Source of the DNA: Perna viridis
Taxonomy: Eukaryota
Assembly (NCBI GenBank): GCA_037379345.1
Contig: CM074521.1
Coordinates: forward strand, 25,940,704 to 26,004,703
DNA length: 64,000 bases
Direction of reading: 5' to 3'
Below are positions 1 to 11,800 of the stretch, piece by piece; position 1 is the stretch's first letter; every line of letters starts with the position of its first letter. The notes under the pieces are model-generated. The model searched no databases and was not told the origin of the DNA. It worked only from the letters and a program-made list of their open reading frames with translations. Made by a program: the position numbers and the translations under genes.

Positions 1-424
1 CCTTAGTGTTTTTTATCTCTTGCAATCAAAACTTCCTATTTTTAGTCATCCTACATTTTTAAGGGGACAATGAATTTTTAAATTTTAGCTGAAATCTCAC
101 ATTTAAAAATTGTTTAACAAGCTGTGTATTCATATAGTTAGACAATGTATGCATCCCTTGCCTTAAAATAGGAAAAAAAAATTTAGCATGGTATCTTTAT
201 TTTCAGCAAAAAATAAAATAAAAATTGGGGGCTTGCTTTGTTCAGCCCTTCCTATCCTGAAATCCTGGATTCACTTCTGTGGGGTGCATACACACTGCTT
301 TTCTTTTAGTTTGATAACAAAGCACTATTTATTTGTCAAAAAAGCCATAATAATTCCTAAAGACGTCCTTATTTTTTAAGAAATTTGCCTTAAAATATGC
401 ACTTATTTTTCACAAAATGTTACA

Positions 425-1583
425 TTTTATACCCCATGCAACATAGTTGTGGACTTTTTTTTCTAAATGCTAGCAGATATTAACATGATTTTTGGTATAT
501 AAATTCACCATGATAAGTTACAGGTCAGTTTTATGTTTCATTCTGCTCCAATGATTTTTACCTAAATTACGGGCTTTGAACTCTGCAAAATTCACAGAAA
601 TAACAATTTTCTGGTCTTTTTTTCTTAACATTTGCAATATTGACATGATTTTTAGTATAGAAATTAGCCATGATAAGTTAAAGGACAAGTTTGTAGTTGG
701 TTCCGCTCCGATGATTTTACCGCAGTTATGGGCCTTGAACTTAGCAAAATTCACAGAAATAACAGTTTTCCTGACTTTTTTCTCAACTCTTGCAGATATT
801 GACATGATTTTTGTGGTATATAAATTCACAATGATAAATTACAGGTCAGTTTAATGTTTCGTTCCACTCTGATGATTTTTACTGTAACTACAGGCATTGA
901 ACTTAGCAAAATTCACAGAAATAACAGTTTTTGGACTTTTTTCTAAACATTTGCGGATATTGACATGAATTTTAGTAAAGAAATCAACCATGATAAGTTG
1001 CAGGACTAGTTTGTAGTTGGTTCTGCTCTGATGATTTACCGAAGTTACAGGCCTTGAACTCCACAAAATTCACAGAAATAACAGTTTTCCAGACTTTATT
1101 TCTAAATGCTTGCAGATATTGACATGATTTTTGGTTTATAAATTCACGACGATAAGTTACAGGACATGTTTGTTGTTGGTTATGCTCCGATGATTTTACA
1201 GAAATTACGGGCCTTGAAGTTAGCTAAATTCACAGAAATAACCGTTTTTCAGACTTTTTTAACTAAACGCTTGTAGATTATGACAGGATTTTTGGTATAT
1301 AAGTTCACCATGATAAGTTACAGGTCAAGTGTACGTTTTGTTCTGTATGATGATATTTACTTTGGATTAACTAAAACTCAAAGAAATCACCGTCTGGAGT
1401 TTGAAACTACCATTCTGAGTAATAGAATTTAGTTAGAAGAAAAAGGTCTAAAGCCTAAAAAACACTCTTATTCCTCTTTTTATTGGGGTCCTTCTACATG
1501 TATTTCTCTTACAAACAAATTTACTTGAGTATCCAACATGGGGACACATGGGATATGTGAGCGAACTCACTAAGATTCTTTAA
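425..1583 (+). mobile_element. Helentron/HINE-like non-autonomous element carrying ~6 diverged ~160-bp satellite-like monomers
   Basis: gatattgacatgatttt recurs at ~476, 636, 795, 956, 1115 and 1276. Starts ttttatacccc and ends ggg.tatgtgagc...cactaag.ttctttaat; both termini are shared with the 12716-13494 copy. Family name from general knowledge only. Confidence 0.65.
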
Positions 1584-1740
1584 TAAGAATTAATAGAAAT
1601 AGGTTTGATTTTGCCTACGAAAACCAATGCCTCCACATTTCCAAGTTCAAAGGGGTATAACAGCAACAAAATTTAGTGGTTCATAAATTCCTTGTAACAT
1701 GCACAACTACATAACATATTCTGGCCTTCCTACAAAGTTT

Positions 1741-1895
1741 AATGAACTTTAATGCAGTAGGTTCCAAGGAGTAGCACTTACAAAAGTATGGTGGACAGAC
1801 AGGGTAAAAATGAACTTAAATGCAGTAGGTTCCGAGGAGTAGCACTTACAAAAGTATGGTGGACAGACAGACAGACGGACAGACTGGGTAAAAAT
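1741..1895. repeat. ~68-bp direct duplication followed by (GACA/GACG)n microsatellite of another satellite-carrier element
   Basis: aatgaactt.aatgcagtaggttcc.aggagtagcacttacaaaagtatggtggacagacag occurs twice. Confidence 0.7.
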
Positions 1896-2692
1896 GATAT
1901 GTGAAATAGGAAGAATTTGAAATAGAATTGCGTGAGTTATACCCAATGATCTGACAATATGTAATTTCACTCAAAATGTCTTCTCTATTTGAAGTAACCA
2001 TTATTTGATCTCTGCATCACAGGATGTGTTTAGAAAATTTTCAATAGTAACAGAAAATTATTTTTTTTTTTAAATTCTTACCTGCTCTTGAAGTGTTCAT
2101 TTGCACTGTGGTATTAATTACAGCCTCACAAGTGTCTGACAGTTCAGTATTCCTGGCAGAAAATCTTTTTAAGATCTTATTCAAGGACCTTCCTGATATT
2201 ATATGTACATGTACATGTATGGTTATAATTAACTTCATGATTGTCATCAAAATCAAAATCTCTGAAGCATTCATTTCACTACAAATCAAAGAAGTTAATT
2301 TCACTATGGGGAAGTTAGAATTATTCCTGAGTTTGCTAATCAAAGGTTCAGAATTACTTTTGAATGTGGAAAGTCTTTGACTTTTCCAAGTTTCTAATCA
2401 ATGATCCATTGAGGAGAATCATAAGTCCACAAGAAAGTGTCATTGAAATGAATTGAAGATACAGGTCGTAGGTAAATGAAAGTTTAAAAGGTTCCAGGTC
2501 AGATATTAAGGGTCCTAGTGTCAATTTTATAAAAACTTGAGTATAATTGGTCATACATTTTAAAGTCACAGTAGAAAAAAGCTTTGTTACGTCATAACTA
2601 ACGATAAATTTTACACTTACCACTTTTTTTTAACAGGTCTGCCGGACCCTAGATCCACACTGAAACATTTGCTTATGTTTTTCTATTTTCAG

Positions 2693-2827
2693 ATGGCTTT
2701 AGATCCATCCAAAGCTCTGACAAAGAACAGAGTAGACATTATAAAAAATGTTGCCAACCCAAATGAAGTAGCAGATTACCTTTATTCATATGGTATTTTC
2801 ACTGAAGATATGAAGGCCAGTGTTGAA
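2693..2827 (+). CDS. caspase coding exon 1 (CARD N-half)
   Basis: ttttcag|ATG...GAA|gtatgt; MALDPSKALTKNRVDIIKNVANPNEVADYLYSYGIFTEDMKASVE. Confidence 0.85.
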
Positions 2828-5800
2828 GTATGTAAATACAGTGTCTCACTAAAACTTTTCATACAGTAAAACCTGTTTAAACTGAACTGAATAATTCCAA
2901 AACCTGTCTTAATGAAATACTTCTTAAAGTCTCATTATACCTTGATAAACAGGACACTTGTCTAAACCAATGACATTTTAAAGTCATAACAATAGCTCTC
3001 CGAGGGGCATAGGTCATTTCTATATAGCAAGGACATTGAGTATCAGTAAAGTAAAGATGTAGGAAAGAGTAATCAAGGGAACCAATGTTGTAGCGGTAAT
3101 CAAAAGAATGTAATCCAGGGAAAAAGACCAGACATGGAAAACAGACATACAATACAAAGAACACAAAGTAACTAAAATCATACATACAAAGTAACAAAAG
3201 CAAATGAGCAACTCAGACTCCACTTAAAACTGGGAGTATGGACCAGGTGCACCGGTAGGTTAAGCGTCCTCTGCTTTTCTAGAAACACCCGCCGAGTTGC
3301 TCATAAAAAGTCAAGTCTGGGGTAGACAAACGAGGAAAGGCAAACTATGACCCGTTGAATAAATCAGTTTACATGTTACAGATGGATACACCGTAACAAT
3401 CCACTATAGTTCATACAATATTTTTTCAGCAAGAACCAGAGAAAGAGAAAAAGACTCGCTGCATCCTTGATACCTTGAAATACAGGGGAAAAAAAGCTCC
3501 ACGAGCTCTTTTTGATGCCCTTATAGATAGTGATAACAAAGAAGTAGCTGAAAAACTTGCACCTTACCTCAAAGCTTCAGCAGATGAGGACAACAAATAC
3601 AGTCCTTCAAGTAAATAGAAACTGTTTACATAATCAGAAATATTCTCTCCACACAACAAACGGTGGTATATATTGGAATAACTTTGTCTGTCCATCATCA
3701 GTAAAGGGTGAATTGATTTCAAATTGTGTAGTTTTATATAGATGAAAGATACATTGTAAGCCATTATTTTAGTTGCTTCCTGATATCAACTTCCTGTACA
3801 AGTGGGGGTATACCTAGCACAACAAACCATGCAACCTCATGATTTTGTTATATACCCTGAAAGATTTTAGGAATAACCCTGTCTGTCTCACTGTTGGTCT
3901 GTCTGATGGATTTGAATATTTTTTTATATAGGAAGGCATCATATATAAAGGGAGAAGAAAAGTATTATATGCCTTGCAAAGGGAATTAATCCAACTTAAT
4001 TCTTTTAAATGGTCAACTCTTGTAAGGGCCTTTGATACTGCTCTATGGATTTTAATGAAAATTTGTATGAAGTTTAGGCATCTTATGTAGGTGTGCATGC
4101 ACAAATTTAACTTATATAATTGCTTTAGTGCTATAAAAACCAAATTTAAGTCAGAGTATTCTTTTCATGAGCTTGCTTATAGTATTGTTAGTTGGCTCTG
4201 TTGTATCAATTTGGAAGTATTAAATTTCCTGGATTCAGAAAAAAATTGTAACATAAAAAGAAATTATTATTTGCTTATTCTGTCTTTGTGTTTCTTTTCC
4301 ATTACAACAATAGAGAAAGTCAGCACAAGCACACTGTGAAATAAACTACCTTCCATATTTATTGATTAAGTGGTATTGTTAATCTCTGGTCCTGAAACTT
4401 GATTACCTGATTACCTGATACTAGATAAATTTTGAAGCAGATTTGATAGAGAACTGTATTTACCAGTAACAAAATAGTGTTAATCTGACCTGATTACTGT
4501 AAACTGGGAAATATTTGCAGCAGTTAAATTCTGTTTAATTGTCCTCAGGTGCAACACAGCAGGAGTTATGGAAATTTAATGAATTTGTGCATTTACGCAA
4601 TTGGACACTTTGTGGATGCAAATCCTCAGAAACTGTTTTGAGGAAATTGTTAGTCACATTATGTAGTTGATCATATTGTATTGTCATTTTGATTTAAAAA
4701 ATTTTACAGGAGGTATGGGACTTGGTTAAATTTGTACATGTCATATTATTTGAGCTTTTTATGAATACAACTCCTTGGAAACTTCTCAATGGACTTTATT
4801 CAAATTTTGCAGGAGGTATGGGACTTGGTTAAATTTGTACATGTCATATTATTTGAGCTTTTTATGAATACAACTCCTTGGAAACTTCTCAATGGACTTT
4901 ATTCAAATTTTGCAGGAGGTATGGGACTTGGTTAAATTTGTACATGTCATATTATTTGAGCTTTTTATGAATACAACTCCTTGGAAACTTCTCAATGGAC
5001 TTTATTCAAATTTTGCAGGAGGTATGGGACTTGGTTAAATTTGTACATGTCATATTATTTGAGCTTTTTATGAATACAACTCCTTGGAAACTTCTCAATG
5101 GACTTTATTCAATTTTTGCAGGAGGTATGGGACTTGGTTAAATTTGTACATGTCATATTATTTGAGCTTTTTATGAATACAACTCCTTGGAAACTTCTCA
5201 ATGGACTTTATTCAATTTTTGCAGGAGGTATGGGACTTGGTTAAATTTGTACATGTCATATTATTTGAGCTTTTTATGAATACAACTCCTTGGAAACTTC
5301 TCAATGGACTTTATTCAATTTTTGCAGGAGGTATGGGACTTGGTTAAATTTGTACATGTCATATTATTTGAGCTTTTTATGAATACAACTCCTTGGAAAC
5401 TTCTCAATGGACTTTATTCAATTTTTGCAGGAGGTATGGGACTTGGTTAAATTTGTACATGTCATATTATTTGAGCTTTTTATGAATACAACTCCTTGGA
5501 AACTTCTCAATGGACTTTATTCAATTTTTGCAGGAGGTATGGGACTTGGTTAAATTTGTACATGTCATATTATTTGAGCTTTTTATGAATACAACTCCTT
5601 GGAAACTTCTCAATGGACTTTATTCAATTTTTGCAGGAGGTATGGGACTTGGTTAAATTTGTACATGTCATATTATTTGAGCTTTTTATGAATACAACTC
5701 CTTGGAAACTTCTCAATGGACTTTATTCAAATTTTGCAGGAGGTATGGGACTTGGTTGAATTTGTACATGTCATATTATTTGAGCTTTTTATGAATACAA

Positions 5801-8800
5801 CTCCTTGGAAACTTCTCAATGGACTTTATTCAATTTTTGCAGGAGGTATGGGACTTGGTTGAATTTGTACATGTCATATTATTTGAGCTTTTTATGAATA
5901 CAACTCCTTGGAAACCTCTCAATGGACTTTATTCAAATTTTGCAGGAGGTATGGGACTTGGTTGAATTTGTACATGTCATGTTATTTGAGCTTTTTATGA
6001 ATACAACTCCTTGGAAACCTCTCAATGGACTTTATTCAAATTTTGCAGGAGGTATGGGACTTGGTTGAATTTGTACATGTCATATTATTTGAGCTTTTTA
6101 TGAATACAACTCCTTGGAAACCTCTCAATGGACTTTATTCAAATTTTGCAGGATTTTTAGAAGCACCATAATTTGATTTTGCAGGAATTATTGGACTTTC
6201 GTGTTTTAACTTTTTTTGCAGTAAATTTTTTCATTAAAGACTATTAGGTCGCATGAAGATGATCAAAGACTGGAAATAAAAGATGTACAAATTATTTGAT
6301 GAAAAAAAGCTTGCAATAACTATGGTGCAAAAATAATCTGCCTAAACTGAGGTGTACAAGTACAAATATATGTACAATGTAAGTCTATATACTTATTTTA
6401 TTGTTGAGCTTTGTGTTGCTTTAATGAAATAAGTACTGTTTGAAATGTCTGTATTATGTATTTCATTCAGAGTGGCCTCCAGAAGATGGTGAACAAAGCA
6501 GAATGGAAAAGGATGAAGTCATTAGAATCAACGACCTTAAACATCCAGATTTTTATTTCGAATATTTAAACTCAGGTTCAAAGGTATTTAAACATTTAAC
6601 TTCTAGACATAGATAGCTGGCACCATTTCCATTATCAAACAACCATCACCAACATTTAAATCAGTTTTATTAGCTTCTGTCAATCCATCTGTCTGTCGGT
6701 TATAACTTCCTGTTTGTCATCTTTTGTAGTAGGTACTTACTTTTTGTTGATATAAGGTAAATCAGAGTTCTTACTTAGACTCCCAGGTGGGAAATAATTC
6801 TGAATAATTAACATCAAGATATGATATTAAAAATTAACATTACCATCTTCACAAGTACATATAAGCTTTTTGACAAAAACAAAAAAGTTAATTATGGTCC
6901 TTTTTTGGTACAGACACTCAACATAACATTGGTATTTCCAGATTGGTACCCCATTCTTTTTGTAGAAAGATTTGTGGTAAAAAAGATGTGGTGTGTTGTT
7001 TTATTTCCATTTGTTCCTGACACATACTCTGATAAAGTCAATAAATAAAGTTTATAATGATATTTTGTACATGAAATAGGTATTATAGGCATGGATAGTT
7101 GGCATATCCCCTTTTTTCAACAGGTAATAATTCCACCTCTGTTCACCTTAAGTGAGTGAGTTTAATCAAATTCATTCATTTGTGTAAAAGGGGTAACAGA
7201 TAAGAGATAGGTACCCCATGTCCCCATATCATGCATATTCATAAATAACAAAGTCCATCTACATGACTAAATGGAATTTGACGAAACTTTAACAGAATCG
7301 TCATTACATACAGGTACTCATTTTGTGTGATCCAAATCAATTTGGAGGTCAAAAGGTGCACATTATCTAATGGAGGAGTAGGGGTATCAGGTTATTAAGC
7401 ATTACTAACAGTTTTTCTAGTTGTATCCAGTGAGTCAAAAAGTTACTTACTGAGACCTCTTCTTTCCTTGTGGAACATAGGACTGCTGCAGTTGTGCTTC
7501 ATCTCACTCTGTTTAGGGCCATTATTTTTGCCTTACTCCAGGTCTTGTCAATATTTTCCAGCTCCTCCATTAGTGTTCTTCTCCAGCTGTGTAAAGGCCA
7601 CCCTTGTTTTCTATGTCCTTGTTGATTCCAATCAAATGCCTTTCTGGTGATACTATTTTGGCGTTTTCTCCATGTGTGACTTATCCATTTCCATGCTTGT
7701 CTTTTTCTGAAGTGCTGTTCTTTCCTGGCTAGTACGCTCTAGTCCCTGCTAGTTTGTTATTTGTATTGGCCATCAAGCTTTACATATGTTCCTTAGGCAT
7801 TTGTTGGTACAGTCCCTGAACAGATCTGTGCAACTATTTGATGGATCAATGACCAGTAACCAATCTGATTGCAGTTTTGTTATGTAAAATGACAGATGAT
7901 TGGTTAATGTAAATTTGAGTCTGTTGGACTTTTCTCTGATGTCCTGTATTTGATGGGATAGTAGGGCAAGGTCATCAGCATAATCTAGGTCTTCTAGCCA
8001 TTGTCTTCCTGTTGGCCTGTCAAATGTCTTGGCTTGTCAAATGTCTTGGCCTGTCAGATGTCTTGGCCTGTCAGATGTCTTGGCCTGTCAGATGTTTTGG
8101 CCTGTCAGATGTCTTGGCCTGTCAGATGTCTTGGCCTGTCAGATGTTTTGGCCTGTCAGATATCTTGGCCTGTCAAATGTCTTGGCCTGTCAGATGTCTT
8201 GGCCTGTCAAATGTCTTGGCCTGTCAGATGTCTTGGCCTGTCAGATGTCTTGGCTTGTCAAATGCCTGTTTGGTAATCCAATTGTTCACTATTTAGAATA
8301 GTGTGGGTGAGATTAAGCAGCCTTGTTTCACTTCAGTCTTTACCTGAAAGGGATCAGTGAGAGTTGTTTCTTGTATCACTGGAAATAAGAAATCTTGGTA
8401 CAGAGTCTTGATAATACTTACATTTGTTCTGTCTTAGATGGTATTTCACAGTCTTAGCAGATGCCACATTTCATCTCTGTTGACACTATCAAAGGCTTTT
8501 TCAAAGCCCATTTATTTGCAGTGATGATTGCCATTCAACTTTACTTGGATCTGAAGCCTGCCTGTTTATCAAGTGTACAACATCTTTTATCCTGTTAAGC
8601 ATCTCTCTACACATGATCTTAGTAGCTACTGGCAGAAAAATTATGCTTCTCCAATTTTCACAACTGCTCAGGTCTATTTTTTAGGCAGTTTGACAAGTAG
8701 CCTTTTAATCCATTTTGTAGATATTTTTTCAGAATCCTAGAATTTATTTAGTAATTGGACAGATATTCACAGAACTCTTCTTCTCCATGTTTAAAAGCGG

Positions 8801-11800
8801 CTTTAAGCTTCAGGTGGTACTTCATCCACCTCTGCTGCTTTAAAAATTTAAATAGTCAAAAGTTTTGAATAAATATTATTTAAACTTTACACAGCAGCAT
8901 TTGTATATACATGTTGAAGATGTTTATCTCTTATTATAAATAAATTTGACAAATACTTAACAAGATATTTTACCTGTTGAAACTTTTCCATTATATATGC
9001 TGTCAGACAAAAGGACATAATTTAGGTAATTTGTTACTCACACTATTGATTTTTTAGTTTTTTTTAATATATTGAAATATTTATGTACTGACAATTGTCT
9101 GATGGTGACACAGGTTCAGAAATGTTATATCGGTCTATTTCTTAATAATTTAACAGTTCCAATGGTTTTGCCTCCAAAAGCAAGCTCTTTTTCTAAAATG
9201 ATATATATTTTACAGATCTTCTGTGAAAAAATTAGTTCTAGAGAAAAAAAACAACATGATTTTCACACATTTCGATTACTTAATGTGTTAACAAACTTGT
9301 AGAATACAAATTCAGAATATTGTATTTAAAGGGAAAACAACTCATGTAGTGAACTAGATTTTGGACAAATTAACAAAGATTTTTTTTGGTGCTATCATGT
9401 CTCCATCTTCAATTCTTTTATTTCAGATTTACAAAATGAAGAATAAAGTTCGAGGGAAGACCTTAATAATTAATAATGTGAAGTTCAAGAAATTTTCAGA
9501 GCGTGCAGGCTCAGATGTTGATGCCAAAAATATTTCCCTGTTATTTAAGGAATTACATTTTGAAGTAACACAAAGAGACAATCTCAAAAAACAGGTAAAA
9601 CAGTAGCCAATTTTCAAATTCTGGGTTGGAGTATCCCTAATTGAAAGATTTAGACTGAACTCAAATCATGCATGAATTGGTGTGTAAAATTATTGACTGG
9701 TTGCATATTTTATACATGAAGTGCTCTTCATTGAACACTTTTACAAACTAATGATACATCATATTCTTTAATTCCTTAAGTTTTGTCCATTCAAAGAGAG
9801 ATAACCTTACAATTTGATTAAACTAGGAATTAGAATTTCCAAATGGTATTGAAAAGTAGGTTGTAATAATTATACTATGAATCTACTTTTCTACTGATAG
9901 ATTTGCAACATTTAAGTGTAAGGCTTTGTAAGAATCAGGCAAAATGGGAATAATCAGAAACATGCATGTAAAAAACTCACTGATCTGACAATGTAATTTC
10001 AGTAAAGGATGATTTCTCTATTTGAAAAGACCACTATTTGATCTTGGTATAACTAGATTTGTTGAGAAATTTTTCTATAGAATGTTAGATAAAATGAGGA
10101 TTTTGAGGATTTTGACAGAGTTACCTGTCTTTGACATGTTCATTTTCAATATATTAATTTAATTACAAAATGATACAGAAAATTTCATCTTTTCCTTGAT
10201 TCTAATGTGCAAATAGTCAAATTACACTTTCAAAATGGCATTTTTTTATACCATCCTCCCACTGCCAGATTCTTACAGAGACCAACACTTAATTACAAAT
10301 TAAGCTGGAATGTTATGTACATACTTGCATCAACTGTCAACATCTCCTGTTGTATCAAGCTGCACCCTATCAAACATTTATTTGTTGTAGGAAATGGTAC
10401 AATTTCTGATGGAGGAGCGAGACAAAATAAAGGATAATGATGGAATAGAATGTCTAGTCCTCATAATCATGAGTCACGGCCACACAGTTGGTGTATATGG
10501 TGTTGATGAGGAAGAATTAGAATTAAAAACAATGACAGATTTGTTTACATCAGAACAATGCCCTAGCCTGAATGAAAAGCCAAGACTAATATTTGTTCAG
10601 GCATGTCGAGGAGGTAATACATTTACTTGTACTAAATCTACAATTTCATTTACAATAAAGAACCATTTATTCTTATGCTGTATCTAAATAATGCCTCATC
10701 TGAATTACTCAAACTTTAAACAGCAATTTTTTTAGTGACCTTCAGGTCTTTATACCTTTTGGTGAAAATTTGTTTTTCCTTTATTTAACTTCAACATTCT
10801 AAGAAGAGTATTTTCATAAGCCTTACTTACAAAATGGGGGTAATATTTGTTACATAGTCATTTAATAACACAGTAAATTCTCTACCTGGTCATGAAATGA
10901 CTCTGTAATGAATGTACCCCATGGAGTCCGAGTTGCTCATTTGCTTTTGTTACTTTGTATGTATGATTTTAGTTACTTTATGTTCTTTGTTGTGTATAAT
11001 GTCTGTTTTCCATGTCTGGTCTTTGTCCCTGGATTACATTCTTTTGATTACCGCTATGAACTTGGTTCCCTTGATTATTCTTTCTCAACATACGTACTGG
11101 AATTAATTTACTCTTTGACACATTCTAAGTCCATATCAGAACTTCTCAGCCATTTTTAGGTGTAGAAGAAATGGCTGAAAAGTTCTGATTGGCAGTGAAA
11201 ATTGTTGCAGTTACCTCAGCTTTTGATAGATGGATTGTTTTCAAATTTGATGTATTGGTTTATATAGAAGGCATATGTTGTAAGTGATTTATGTGATATA
11301 CAATATTAACTTCCTGTTTTGTGGGACTTCACCTTTTTCACAAGATTGAGTGATAGTGGAAATTTTCATCTATGAATATCTAAACTCCCAGTGGATGGAT
11401 TGATTTCAAATTAGGTTTAAAGGTTTATACAGGTAGGTCATACATTGTTAGTGAATTTCATCTCTCTGATATCATGTTCATGTACAAGTAGGGGTACACC
11501 TAGCCTGGCAACAAATGCACTTTTATGTTTTTTAAATGGGAACAGTTTATTTCAGCAGTGCTGAAGATCAGTATCAGTTCATTTAGTGTATAAAGATGAG
11601 CTGAAAGGGGCCAGACATATTTGTGCTTAGGAAGCAGCTCTTTTACCATGTTGTGAAACTAATCTATCAAAGTCTTTGTTCTTTACCATCTTTTGATATC
11701 TGTATTGCTCTTTCAAGGTGGTGTTATTTTACCATACTTAGTTAACCGCATAAGTCTAGTTAATAGAGATTTGCGCTTATTTATTTCAGAGAATGCAGAG

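Larger units (their letters stand above)
7442..8845 (-). mobile_element. decayed 5'-truncated non-LTR retrotransposon (RTE-like RT fossil)
   Basis: Minus-strand remnants LVKLPKK..LSSCENWR, KQAGFR, FEKAFDSVNR, VKQGCLISPTLF, LEDLDYADDLALLSH (YADD at 7971-7982), C-terminal LCSTR and a gtaagtaa tail; multiple stops and deletions. Confidence 0.88.

Noticed and set aside
518-1066. ORFs with repeated VISVNFAKF motif
   Set aside because: Translations of ~160-bp satellite monomers.
2877-3223. Hydrophobic ORFs MLLLLCMYDFSYF... recurring at 10908, 18015 and 25974
   Set aside because: Translations of the T-rich tail of one dispersed repeat; frames are not conserved.
3204-3304. SECIS or hammerhead ribozyme in the structured repeat
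   Set aside because: The ATGA is Watson-Crick paired rather than in a GA/GA quartet, and I see no CUGAUGA...GAAA core. Kept only as an unclassified structure.
4707-6152. Regular repeat array as a CRISPR locus
   Set aside because: Units are contiguous 103-bp copies with no unique spacers, there are no cas genes, and the context is a eukaryotic intron.
8001-8301. Three overlapping Cys/Trp-rich ORFs (LACQMSWPVRCLGLSDV)n
   Set aside because: Artefact of a stop-free 17-bp minisatellite inside a LINE fossil.
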